Of a stretch of 30,056 nucleotides of DNA, positions 1-8,595 are shown piece by piece. Position 1 is the first letter of the stretch, and every line of letters starts with the position of its first letter. Where the stretch lies: positions 1 through 30,056 of the IMG/VR virus record IMGVR_UViG_3300032255_000179. One strand, 5' to 3'. A model generated the notes under the pieces. It was not told where the DNA came from. It saw nothing but the letters and a program-made list of their open reading frames with translations, and searched no databases. This DNA comes from a virus. Lineage: Duplodnaviria > Caudoviricetes. The position numbers were made by a program, and so were the translations under genes.

Positions 1-219
1 TTATTCACTTTCCTCATCTAACTTCTTTATCAATTCACGAATATCCATCACACGCCATGCGCTCGTTCGCACTGACAGTTTAACAGGTTTTGGTGCCTTG
101 CCTATCGCCACCCATTCCCACCAGGTTGACTTACCTATCGGTATCACGTTCAACACATCTGGTAATCGTAGATAGCCCGTATTGGGTAAAGTGATCTCAA
201 TGGGATGTACTGCTTTCAT
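1..219 (-). CDS. alpA: AlpA family phage regulator / putative excisionase
   Basis: 72 aa; YLRLPDVL..IPIGKSTWWEWV..GKAPKPVKL..R.SAWR..DI pattern typical of the AlpA wHTH; usually lies next to an integrase, which would be left of the window. Confidence 0.85.
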   Translation of the reverse strand: MKAVHPIEITLPNTGYLRLPDVLNVIPIGKSTWWEWVAIGKAPKPVKLSVRTSAWRVMDIRELIKKLDEESE

Positions 220-737
220 ATTATATCCACCGGTTTGTTAATGCTTCATCGAAGACTGAAGTTGCCTATATATAGAGTGTGCTGTCCCGACTGCTGAGAT
301 GGTACAGGGTGAGAATGGATGATCTCAGATTAATCCAGATAATTTTCGCTGCTTGAGGGCGCTCAGACGCTTTTCTTTCTTTTTAACCGGCCATCCCATC
401 AATAAACCGTCTCTAGTGACCTCAGAGGGCTTAATTACCCCGAGAGTAAAGTGAGTGAGCTATATCATTAGTTTGGGTTGTGTAAATGATGTCTTCATTA
501 TTTAGCATTTTGGATAACGTGCTCAATTTTGACTCGTAAAGGTGAAACCCGTATCCACATATTTTAAATTTAGTTATATTAATACTTTTATGAATGACAC
601 AAATATAAAAATAATATGTTAAAAATAGGGTAACAGGCAGGTTTTATGGGGGGTATTAAAAATAAGAGGGCCGAGCGATAGTGTGACGAAGATTCGTCAC
701 AAGATATAAAGCGGTGCATGGATTTGTATAAGTCGTT

Positions 738-1019
738 TTATAGGACCTTGTTTTTCTTCGTTGGCGGTCTAAGGTTGTGCGCATGGACGTGAGCAAGGTC
801 GCGTTGTAGTTTGGCGGTGATCTGACTGGTTTCTTTAATGTCGTTAGACAGTTTGCACAAGGCATAAGCATAAGCGGTTTGCGCCATAAAACTAAAACCG
901 AGTATCAGTGCAAGGGGGACGAGCAGCTTGCATTGTTTTTTGCATGTCTTTAATGAGACATCTTGTTTTGCAGTGGATAATAATTGCTGTATTTCTTTTA
1001 TTCGTCCGTTCTCTTTCAC
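738..1019 (-). CDS. Hypothetical protein with one hydrophobic segment
   Basis: GTG start preceded on the minus strand by AGGAGAG; hydrophobic stretch LLVPLALILGFSFMAQTAYAYA. Confidence 0.5.
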   Translation of the reverse strand: MKENGRIKEIQQLLSTAKQDVSLKTCKKQCKLLVPLALILGFSFMAQTAYAYALCKLSNDIKETSQITAKLQRDLAHVHAHNLRPPTKKNKVL

Positions 1020-1245
1020 TTTATTACTCTCCTGAAAAATACGTCGATCTGGTCAACGGTGTGACACAATACTGTATGTAGATTATAAAAGGCAAGCGGT
1101 AAGCTTATTGTTTTTAAAGTATTTTATCGCTTAATCCTGTCTTTATTTAGTTACGACTTTAAGCGATTTAGCCTACAAAAAAGGGGCAATGTAGTGATTG
1201 ATTATGACGAATTATGATGTTCAGTCAGTGGTGAGTGACTCTTTT

Positions 1246-1701
1246 TTACGTCGCCAGGCTAATAAGACTTTTTACCTGTTGTTTATCAACTGTTCGATCT
1301 GTTTGATTAATGTACTCGCTGTAGAGCAGTTGAATTATTTTTGCCTTTTTATCGGCGACGAGTGTTAAACCGTTATCTTCTAGCCAGGACTCAACGGCTT
1401 CAATGATGTCAGTCAATAACTGTGTGTCAATTTCTACAGTTGACCTGGGAAGTTCAGGCAGTAAATGTAGCTTAACTTTCTCATAGTCTATTGGAACGTG
1501 GCCGTTTAACTGAGCAATACTGATTCCGTAGTATTGTGCCAGTATCTTCAAGGTGCCGGGTCTGGGTTTAGTCGTTGTCCCAATGATGATGTTTCTGAGG
1601 GTGGGTTGGGGTATGCCAGTACGGCGTGTGAGTTCCGTTACGTTGTCACCGACCACCATATCGGCGTCCATAAGTTGGCTTAAAATATCGTTAATTGGCA
1701 T
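1246..1701 (-). CDS. XRE/CI-like phage repressor without S24 peptidase domain
   Basis: N-terminal HTH VTELTRRTGIPQPTLRNII.G.T.KPR..TL..LA.YYGISI.QL; divergent from a Cro-like gene. Confidence 0.8.
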   Translation of the reverse strand: MPINDILSQLMDADMVVGDNVTELTRRTGIPQPTLRNIIIGTTTKPRPGTLKILAQYYGISIAQLNGHVPIDYEKVKLHLLPELPRSTVEIDTQLLTDIIEAVESWLEDNGLTLVADKKAKIIQLLYSEYINQTDRTVDKQQVKSLISLAT

Positions 1702-1793
1702 AAATGTATTATTACATTATTGGTAATGTATTGTAAACGTATTATGATTATAAAGGTGTTGACAACGTATAATATTAATTATAATTTTAGTGC
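1702..1793. promoter_or_regulatory. Divergent genetic-switch promoters/operators
   Basis: Plus strand: TTGACA(1759)-N17-TAATTT(1782)-N6-ATG(1794). Minus strand: TTTACA(1737-1732)-N18-AATAAT(1713-1708)-N6-ATG(1701). Four AYGTATWRT repeats at 1704, 1726, 1737, 1765. Confidence 0.65.
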
Positions 1794-2342
1794 ATGAATA
1801 CACGAAATATGATTAATGACTTAATTGCCTCCGGGTTTTCAACCTATGGTATATGCGATGAAGTGAACCTGATTTTAGAGGGGCGTTCTGTCACCCAACC
1901 CACGATTTACCGCAACTGGAAAGGGCGGGTCAAACGGCCACGGCGGCAGTTGATAACGGCGCTTCATATCCTGCATCAAAAATATCGGCCAGATTTATAC
2001 GGTAAAGATGGCCCGCTTAAGGTGAATGCCCCAATGGAGATAAAAGAAGAGTCGGTTAAAAAAACAGTCAATTTGACTGAGATTATTGATTACACCGCTT
2101 ATGCCTGTCGCCAACCCCGACCGATTACCAATTCAGCCTGTCAGGTGATGCTGGAACACATTGCCGAGCATTTAACCAAAGATCATGCGGTTCAGCTGAA
2201 TGGATTTGGTCGCCTGGAGGTAGTGGAAATGGCGGGTGTTAAAACAGTACGCTTTAAACCGAGCAAAAAACTACTGGAACACAAAACGCCCGACGATCCA
2301 CAGTGGCCCTTTAGCGGCTGGACTTCAGGCGGCGGGCAATAG
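1794..2342 (+). CDS. Cro-like HTH fused to HU/IHF-like domain
   Basis: N-terminal HTH (VTQPTIYR..KG.VKRP); C-terminal VNLTEIID...HL.KDH.VQLNGFGRLEV...VRFKPSKKL matches the HU/IHF fold. Confidence 0.65.
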   Translation: MNTRNMINDLIASGFSTYGICDEVNLILEGRSVTQPTIYRNWKGRVKRPRRQLITALHILHQKYRPDLYGKDGPLKVNAPMEIKEESVKKTVNLTEIIDYTAYACRQPRPITNSACQVMLEHIAEHLTKDHAVQLNGFGRLEVVEMAGVKTVRFKPSKKLLEHKTPDDPQWPFSGWTSGGGQ

Positions 2343-2697
2343 TTTTGGCTCCCGGCTTGTTCTCCAGTAACCGTGCCATGGATTTAGCCATGCTGGCCTG
2401 CTCCTTTGCGTCCAGCTTATTAAAACCTGAAGCGATAAGTGACGCCTGCTCAGACCCGGCAAAAAAACGCTCCGGTGTCTGGCCTAAAAGCTTAAGCATC
2501 ATAAAAAATTGTTGCAGTGACAGGTTGTACCGGCCCGTCGCGTTAAAAATTTCACTCATATTGGAATGGTAGATTTGCTCATGAGGTCCAAGGTTTTGTG
2601 TTTTAGCGCAGAAACTGCGCAGGCTATCATCCGATTGATCAAGCAGCGTTTTCAGTTGCTTGAGCGCGGCATTGTATTGTTTTTCAGCAATGGGCAT
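2311..2697 (-). CDS. Putative HTH DNA-binding protein
   Basis: 128 aa; SLRSFC.....HSNMSEIFN...LSLQQFF.ML.LLG.TP..FF resembles a degenerate XRE HTH. Confidence 0.5.
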   Translation of the reverse strand: MPIAEKQYNAALKQLKTLLDQSDDSLRSFCAKTQNLGPHEQIYHSNMSEIFNATGRYNLSLQQFFMMLKLLGQTPERFFAGSEQASLIASGFNKLDAKEQASMAKSMARLLENKPGAKTIARRLKSSR

Positions 2698-2713
2698 TTT
2701 TTAATAACCGGGT

Positions 2714-2732
2714 TGGTAGTAAATAACTATCA
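2714..2732. promoter_or_regulatory. 19-bp palindromic operator, copy 1
   Basis: TGGTAGTAAATAACTATCA, between the divergent HTH gene and the replication initiator. Confidence 0.55.
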
Positions 2733-2788
2733 AAGTATATAGCACATGCATGTAACAGCAAAATTAGGGAGCGTCATGGTGGCAGTAT

Positions 2789-3616
2789 ATGGCTAGACCA
2801 ACAAAGCAGGGCATTGATTATTTTCCGATGGATTGTAAATTTGATGACAAGACTGAGCTATTTTTAATTGAAAAAGGCCGGACGGGATTTACTGTATTAA
2901 TCAGTCTCTGGCAGATGATCTATTTTAATGAAGGTTACTTTATTGAGGATAACAAAGATCTTCATTTACTGGTTAAGCGGAAAATAGATGTCGATATAAA
3001 CGAAGTTTCCGACTGCATAAACCTCTGTTTGCAGCGCGGTATATTTGATGAAGTGATATATAAAAAGCATAAAATTTTGACATCAAAGGCGATTCAGAAA
3101 CGCTATTTTGAAGCAGCAAAAAAGAAAAAAACAGTAAATGTTAACGAAAACTACCTATGTAACGGGATAGATTCACGCGATAACTGGGTTAATGTTGGTG
3201 TAAATGCCACAAATGTAAATGTAAATGTAAATGTAAAGGGAAAGGTAAAAGAAAAGGTAAAAGTAAAAGAAAATAAAACCCCAGATAAAACAATATCTGA
3301 AAAACAATTTTCTGATGAAGATTTTAAATTGGCAGAATTTATGTTTGAGAAAATACAGGTGGTTGCAGATAAAACTAAAAAACCCAATTTGAAAACCTGG
3401 GCAGAGGTGATCCGTTTGATGCGAGAGCGAGATAAATATCACCTTGAAGAAATTCGTGATGTCTTCACCTGGGCAAATCAGGATAGTTTCTGGGCCACAA
3501 ATATTTTAAGCCCTGGCAAGCTAAGAAAGCAATTTGCAACATTATCGGCGAAAGCTAAACCCAAAGTGAGTGCAATTAGTGGGCAAGTTTCATCCAGACG
3601 GAGATTATCAGCATGA
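2789..3616 (+). CDS. Phage replication initiator (DUF4373-like N-terminus, lambda O-like C-terminus)
   Basis: MARPTKQGIDYFPMD...ILTSKAIQKRY N-terminus; WANQDSFWATNILSPGKLRKQF C-terminus; coupled to dnaB by ATGA overlap. Confidence 0.8.
   Translation: MARPTKQGIDYFPMDCKFDDKTELFLIEKGRTGFTVLISLWQMIYFNEGYFIEDNKDLHLLVKRKIDVDINEVSDCINLCLQRGIFDEVIYKKHKILTSKAIQKRYFEAAKKKKTVNVNENYLCNGIDSRDNWVNVGVNATNVNVNVNVKGKVKEKVKVKENKTPDKTISEKQFSDEDFKLAEFMFEKIQVVADKTKKPNLKTWAEVIRLMRERDKYHLEEIRDVFTWANQDSFWATNILSPGKLRKQFATLSAKAKPKVSAISGQVSSRRRLSA
3190..3275 (+). repeat. AAATGT/AAAGGT hexamer tandem repeats inside the initiator gene, possible origin region
   Basis: AAATGT x4 at 3211-3234, then degenerate AAAGGT/AAAAGT units; encodes NVNVNVNVKGKVKEKVKVK. 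Confidence 0.5.
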
Positions 3617-4899
3617 TAAAAATAAATCACGAGCACACTGTGATCGGTGCGTTGCTTAGACGCCCGAGTGCGATTGATGAGATTGAACTGGTCGTTGACG
3701 ATTTTGAAATTGAATCGTACCGACTGATTTTTCAAACGATTATTGACACATTGGCTGCCAATCAAATTGCCGATGTAATCACCGTGTCGAGTCGCTTAGA
3801 AAAAACGCATCCGGGTATGACCTGGCTGCATTTTGTTGGAACAGCGGCAAGTGATTGCCCGTCCACGGCAAACATTGCGGGTTATGCAAAGCTGTTAAAG
3901 GCGGAGAGTCGAAACCGCAAAACCAAAGCGATTTGTAGCGATGTCCTGTATGAAATTGACAGTGTGCAAGAGAGTGAACAGATCATTGATCGCGCGGTAA
4001 AGCAGTTGATGGCGTTATCTGATACACGCCAAAGTTATGACAGCTCTATTTCTCAAACATTGAAAAAATCATTGGAGATGATTTCAGCGGCAGAAGAAAA
4101 TGAAGGTACGGTGGGTATTGCCTCGGGTATTGCAGAGCTTGATGCTGTGCTCGGTGGTTTTCATGACTCCGACCTGTATGTCATCGGTGCGCGTCCTGCA
4201 ATGGGTAAAACCGCTTTTATGTTAAATCTGGCCAATTACCACAATGAACAGGTTGGTATCATCAGCGCAGAGCAACCGGCAGAGCAGTTAGGTATCAGGC
4301 TGATTGCAATAAATGGCCAAGTTAATGTCCAGCGTATGCGCACCGGAACCATGAAAGAATATGACTACACAAAATTAACCAGTTCCGTTTCAAGGCTTCA
4401 CCAAAATAATAATATCTGGATTAATGATCGTTCGGGTATTGGTATTGTTGAACTCATTCGACAAGCTAGAAAGTGGAGACACTTGCACGGCATAAAAGCG
4501 CTCTATGTGGATTACATTCAACGTATCAAGTGGACAGATCAAAAAATCGCTAAATGGGAGCAGGTTGGAAATGTGGTGGGTGCGCTAAAGGATTTAGCCA
4601 GAGATTTAGATATACCGGTCATTGCCCTCGCACAGGTTAATCGGGACGTTGAAAAACGCGCTGATAAACGCCCCAATATGGGGGATCTTGCAAACTCTTC
4701 TGAAATTGAAAAAGAAGCGGATGTGATCATGACGCTTTACCGCGATGAAGTGTACAACGCCGAATCAGCAGACAAAGGCGTAATGGAAGTCAACGTCTGT
4801 AAAAATCGACATGGCCCCATTGGCTATGTACAAACTGTCTGGAATGCACCGTATATGCGGGTTGAAAATTTCACGCCTAAAATGGAGTTGGTTAAGTGA
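3613..4899 (+). CDS. dnaB: Replicative DNA helicase DnaB (phage-encoded)
   Basis: Walker A GARPAMGKT, VDYIQ, IPVIALAQVNR, DLANSSEIEKEAD, KNRHGP motifs. Confidence 0.95.
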   Translation: MIKINHEHTVIGALLRRPSAIDEIELVVDDFEIESYRLIFQTIIDTLAANQIADVITVSSRLEKTHPGMTWLHFVGTAASDCPSTANIAGYAKLLKAESRNRKTKAICSDVLYEIDSVQESEQIIDRAVKQLMALSDTRQSYDSSISQTLKKSLEMISAAEENEGTVGIASGIAELDAVLGGFHDSDLYVIGARPAMGKTAFMLNLANYHNEQVGIISAEQPAEQLGIRLIAINGQVNVQRMRTGTMKEYDYTKLTSSVSRLHQNNNIWINDRSGIGIVELIRQARKWRHLHGIKALYVDYIQRIKWTDQKIAKWEQVGNVVGALKDLARDLDIPVIALAQVNRDVEKRADKRPNMGDLANSSEIEKEADVIMTLYRDEVYNAESADKGVMEVNVCKNRHGPIGYVQTVWNAPYMRVENFTPKMELVK

Positions 4900-5552
4900 T
4901 GGATTTAATAAACCACGCACCTGAGATCGACCTGTTCACCTGCCCCAACCACGCAGGCAATCTCAAAATATCAGAATCCTCCTGTGCCAGCATGTGGCAA
5001 CGCGCCAGAACCTTGCGCAATGAATCATTCAATCCGGTTGAGGCCTGCTGTGGTTGCCGTATTGGTGCAAAATGTGCCGGGTTTGATGACGCACCTGAAG
5101 AGCGAAAAATCGGTTTAATAGATCATATCTGCACCCGATGCCACCGTCCAGCCACACGCTTTGTGTATGGCCGAATCTGTATCAGTTGCTATAACCGGGG
5201 CCGTGAAGTGTTGATAGGTAAAAATGCACGGGGAGCGGTGCCCAAATATTTACCCCCGATGATCAATGTGAGTGTGAGCTATCAGGAGGATGGTGTCTTA
5301 CAGCAAGTGAATATGGATCAGGTGATAGATGAAACAGAAGCGCGTTTATCCATTGTTAGAAAATCCAGTCATGTACTGGCATTTGTGCGTTCCATCACTT
5401 CACCCCTAATGCAGGCCCGTGAACAACTGGATATGTTTGGTGGATGGTTATTTACAAAAGGCGTGCAGCGTAAAAAACATAAAACCCGATCTAAACAATT
5501 AGAGACACAAACCGCACCACACATTACACAACTTAATTTCTTTGGAGAATAA
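4899..5552 (+). CDS. Cys-rich (Zn-binding) hypothetical protein with clamp-binding-like motifs
   Basis: Several CxxC pairs (CCGC, CTRC, CISC); QLDMF and QLNFF near the C-terminus; start is ATG 4899 or GTG 4896. Confidence 0.6.
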   Translation: MDLINHAPEIDLFTCPNHAGNLKISESSCASMWQRARTLRNESFNPVEACCGCRIGAKCAGFDDAPEERKIGLIDHICTRCHRPATRFVYGRICISCYNRGREVLIGKNARGAVPKYLPPMINVSVSYQEDGVLQQVNMDQVIDETEARLSIVRKSSHVLAFVRSITSPLMQAREQLDMFGGWLFTKGVQRKKHKTRSKQLETQTAPHITQLNFFGE

Positions 5553-5610
5553 AGCTGTGCATAGAAATGTACCTAAAAAAGTAAACCTGACAAAAGACGG
5601 GCAGGAAAAA

Positions 5611-6030
5611 ATGCAACAGAAAACAAAAGGAAAAAATAATCAGGTGGAAGCAAAAGAGCAAGTCGCCTTATTTCAATGGCGTGATTACAACCTGTATCAC
5701 TACCCAGGCATTGACTTGATGTTTGCCACATTAAACGGAGCGTACTTGCAGGGCACCGGGGAGCAACGCGCACGCCAATGGATAAAACTGGTAAAGCAAG
5801 GTGCACGTAGGGGTGTACTGGATGTTTTTCTGCCCGTAGCAAAAGGGCAATACCACGGCCTATGGATGGAAATGAAAGCCCCTAAGCCATATCGCTCCAA
5901 TGTAACGCCAGAGCAAAAGGACTGGCAACAGCGTATGCGCAAAGAAGGCTACATGGCAAGAATAGTTTACGGTTGTGAGGAAGCAATCGCAGCCATAGAA
6001 GCTTACTACAATGCACCGGGGGTGGTGTGA
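5611..6030 (+). CDS. VRR-NUC family PD-(D/E)XK nuclease, Holliday-junction resolvase-like
   Basis: E..EQ.AL, GARRGVLDVFLP, GLWMEMKA, TPEQKDW motifs; ATG 5611 follows AGGA and is preferred over TTG 5542. Confidence 0.85.
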   Translation: MQQKTKGKNNQVEAKEQVALFQWRDYNLYHYPGIDLMFATLNGAYLQGTGEQRARQWIKLVKQGARRGVLDVFLPVAKGQYHGLWMEMKAPKPYRSNVTPEQKDWQQRMRKEGYMARIVYGCEEAIAAIEAYYNAPGVV

Positions 6031-6060
6031 TGTGTGAATTATTTTTTTTAATGTTCGGAG

Positions 6061-6079
6061 TGGTAGTAAATGACTAACA
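6061..6079. promoter_or_regulatory. 19-bp palindromic operator, copy 2
   Basis: TGGTAGTAAATGACTAACA, overlapping the start codon at 6070. Confidence 0.45.
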
Positions 6080-6606
6080 GTGATGATGATTTAATGTTAA
6101 GCGCGTATGTGATTCCCAATGATGAGTTTCATCCTCAACGTTATTTTAAAAAGTTGATTGAACTGCAAGAGCACCGGCATTTACTTGATGGGGAGGTGGT
6201 CGTGGATTTTCTATTGGTGCGTGAGCCGGTCATCAAACAAGGTCGCCAGGTGCTGGGGGCGGTGCATATGCCTTCAGTTCAGGGGCAGCTTAAAGGCGTA
6301 TTCACCTGGATGTTCTTAAATACCTTTGGCCGCCTGGCTGATTTTCTGGTGTTACTGGATAAGGATTTCTGGATGGGTGAATGTGACCGCACAAGAGAAA
6401 TTTTGATGTATCACGAGATGTGTCACATGGTGCATAAAGTGGATGGTGATGGTGAACCCCGTTTTAATGAATCCGGTAAACCGGTGTTTGGTTTACAGGC
6501 GCATGATGTTGAAGAGTTTGCCAATACCGTAAAACGCTATGGTGCATACAGTGCTGAGATAGAAGAATTTATAACAGCGGCACAAGTGGGAGGGCGGCAT
6601 GAATAA
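6070..6606 (+). CDS. Putative phage metallopeptidase
   Basis: HEMCH (HExxH) plus HDVEEF..V.RYG, typical of the putative phage metallopeptidase family. Confidence 0.85.
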   Translation: MTNSDDDLMLSAYVIPNDEFHPQRYFKKLIELQEHRHLLDGEVVVDFLLVREPVIKQGRQVLGAVHMPSVQGQLKGVFTWMFLNTFGRLADFLVLLDKDFWMGECDRTREILMYHEMCHMVHKVDGDGEPRFNESGKPVFGLQAHDVEEFANTVKRYGAYSAEIEEFITAAQVGGRHE

Positions 6607-6730
6607 CATCTTGCAGGTAGTCAGCATGAGTGGCGGAAAAGATTCAACTGCGACGACATTGATCGCACTTGAAAAACACCCAACAGGAAACCCCTATCTA
6701 GATTTATGTTTGTGGATTAGACAGCTATAA
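6599..6730 (+). pseudogene. Internally deleted PAPS-reductase (PP-loop) family gene remnant
   Basis: 43 codons: MNNILQVVSMSGGKDSTATTLIALEKHPTGNPYLDLCLWIRQL*; SGGKDS PP-loop joined to a PTGNPYLDLCLW segment; not in the ORF track. Confidence 0.7.
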
Positions 6731-6824
6731 ACGATTGTTCTGCAAAGGGCTGCAGCGCAAGTGTCCGGTGACCGGACAGAAAATCACACCGGTATACCGG
6801 GCATAGAAACAGGATTAAGAGAAT

Positions 6825-7919
6825 ATGAAATTTTCATTCAAACCCAAAACAATATTAAATGAACTTAAACTGGTCGCCGGTTCCATAGGGAGTGCGAATG
6901 CATTACCCATACTGGCTAATTTTTTAATAAAGCTAGAACAGAGCAAGGCCACTATAACTGCATCTGATATGGAAACACAGATGAGTGTCATTGTAGCAGT
7001 GGATATTGATAAGCCTGGTGCAATCACCTTACCCGCAAAAAAATTTGTAGAGATATGCAATGCTGTACCCGCAGATAGCGTGATGACAGTAACGGTAAAA
7101 AATGAAAGAGCGATACTTCAATCGGGTCGAAGTCGGTTTGCATTATCGACCTTACCGGCGGAACACTTTACGGGAATGGATCACATTAATGATGCGCTCA
7201 CCTTTAACCTGCCAGCAGAGAATTTACGAAACGCCCTGGAAAGAGTCAGCCACGCCATGGCAGAGAACGATGTGCGTTATTACTTAAATGGCATGTTGTT
7301 TGAAATAAAGCAAACGGGTTTACGGTGTGTGGCTACGGATGGTCACCGGTTGGCAATGGGTGAGATAGCAGTGCAGATAAACAGTGATGAAGTTGAGCAG
7401 GTCGTCGTTCCACGTAAATCAATCGGACTTATATCAAAAGCGATTAGTCTTGCAGCTGAGGTAAGCGTTTCTATAGAAAAATCTAAAATTAGTATAAATA
7501 CAGGCAAAGTATGTCTGGTGAGTCAGTTAATAGAAGGTAATTATCCACACTATGAAAAAGTCATTCCTAAAACCAATAAAAAGCTGGTGATTGATCGTCA
7601 TGTACTTATAGCCGCATTACAACGAGCCAATATATTAACCAGTAAACGATTTTGTGCGGCCAGACTGGTATTAGTCGATAGTCTGCTACGAATCGAAGTG
7701 ATGAACGATCAGGGGGAGCAGTCACATGAAGAGCTAACCATTGATTTCAAGGGTTCAATTGAGCTGGGCATGAATGTCGGCTACCTGATAGATGCTTTGA
7801 GCGGTTGTACAACCCGTGAAGTCTGTTTGGCGTTGTCAGAGCAAAATAAGGGTGTCGTGGTACAGAATAATAATGATGATAGCGCATACCGCAGTGTGGT
7901 TATGCCTACTCGTCTTTAG
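6825..7919 (+). CDS. dnaN: DNA polymerase III beta sliding clamp (phage-encoded)
   Basis: 364 aa; LPILAN, RYYLNGMLFE, VATDGHRLA, VPRK, LIEGNYP.Y.KVIP, VVMPTRL; not in a dnaA-dnaN-recF context. Confidence 0.93.
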   Translation: MKFSFKPKTILNELKLVAGSIGSANALPILANFLIKLEQSKATITASDMETQMSVIVAVDIDKPGAITLPAKKFVEICNAVPADSVMTVTVKNERAILQSGRSRFALSTLPAEHFTGMDHINDALTFNLPAENLRNALERVSHAMAENDVRYYLNGMLFEIKQTGLRCVATDGHRLAMGEIAVQINSDEVEQVVVPRKSIGLISKAISLAAEVSVSIEKSKISINTGKVCLVSQLIEGNYPHYEKVIPKTNKKLVIDRHVLIAALQRANILTSKRFCAARLVLVDSLLRIEVMNDQGEQSHEELTIDFKGSIELGMNVGYLIDALSGCTTREVCLALSEQNKGVVVQNNNDDSAYRSVVMPTRL

Positions 7920-7921
7920 AG

Positions 7922-7940
7922 TGGTAGTAATTAACTACCA
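7922..7940. promoter_or_regulatory. 19-bp palindromic operator, copy 3
   Basis: TGGTAGT-AATTA-ACTACCA, perfect 7-bp arms, intergenic after dnaN. Confidence 0.6.
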
Positions 7941-7967
7941 TATTTAGATGTTTAAAGGAGAAATATA

Positions 7968-8225
7968 ATGAGTGAACAGTGGGGAATCAGTAAACATGTC
8001 TGCCGTGTCTGTTTTGGTCGGGTGTTAATACGTGAAAACAATGATGAAACTATAGTGCGGTGTGCGGATTGTGGTCTGGAAGTAGCAGGAAAAATACAGG
8101 ATCTTTGCTCATGTGGTGCGAAGCTTAAAACTGGCAGGAATGCCGGGTTTAAGTGTGAGGTGAATGAACAGCATATTGCAGGTGTGTCACAGGAGATTGT
8201 TGCTGTGCATCGGGGGAGGTCTTGA
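7968..8225 (+). CDS. Small Zn-finger hypothetical protein
   Basis: RBS AAGGAG; CRVC, CADC and CSCG motifs. Confidence 0.7.
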   Translation: MSEQWGISKHVCRVCFGRVLIRENNDETIVRCADCGLEVAGKIQDLCSCGAKLKTGRNAGFKCEVNEQHIAGVSQEIVAVHRGRS

Positions 8226-8337
8226 TTCGTATAAATTTAGAGGTGACAGCTGCATGAGTTCAGTGATGTAGTATCACCAGACTCATAATTAATAGATTTA
8301 TGTTCAGATCTTTAATGTTTAGCTGAGATTTTTGGTT

Positions 8338-8520
8338 TTAGTGACAGTGATAAGTGCCATTTTTTCGATCATTATGACAACCATCAGAATTGGTTCTGCC
8401 GCTGTGAGAAACGGTCGAGTTACCATCATGGATGTGATCGGTAGCAATGATATTAGTGGCTATTACAGAGCCACCACCAAATAAGAAAAAGAGAGTCAGT
8501 AAAACAGAGATTTTTTTCAT
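8338..8520 (-). CDS. Secreted YHYH-domain small protein
   Basis: Signal peptide MKKISVLLTLFFLF; HSGRTNSDGCHNDRKNGTYHCH motif; RBS GAGG. Confidence 0.75.
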   Translation of the reverse strand: MKKISVLLTLFFLFGGGSVIATNIIATDHIHDGNSTVSHSGRTNSDGCHNDRKNGTYHCH

Positions 8521-8595
8521 ATCAATTCCTCAAAGTTGTTAGTCATAAACGAGCCAGTTGGAAAATCTTCTTTGTTAAAATAGATCTAAGTAAGA

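Noticed and set aside
220-737. Short minus-strand reading frame near 325-468 and AT-rich intergenic DNA
   Set aside because: In-frame TAG right after the only upstream ATG; no recognisable motif
656-871. 71-aa ORF overlapping 738-1019
   Set aside because: Alternative frame of the RBS-supported ORF
1070-1089. Possible LexA box TACTGTATGTAGATTATAAA
   Set aside because: Only the left half-site matches; there is no ACAG at the required spacing
3151-3765. Minus-strand ORFs with FTFTF/YIYIY tracts
   Set aside because: Antisense shadows of the hexamer repeat in the initiator gene and of the dnaB start
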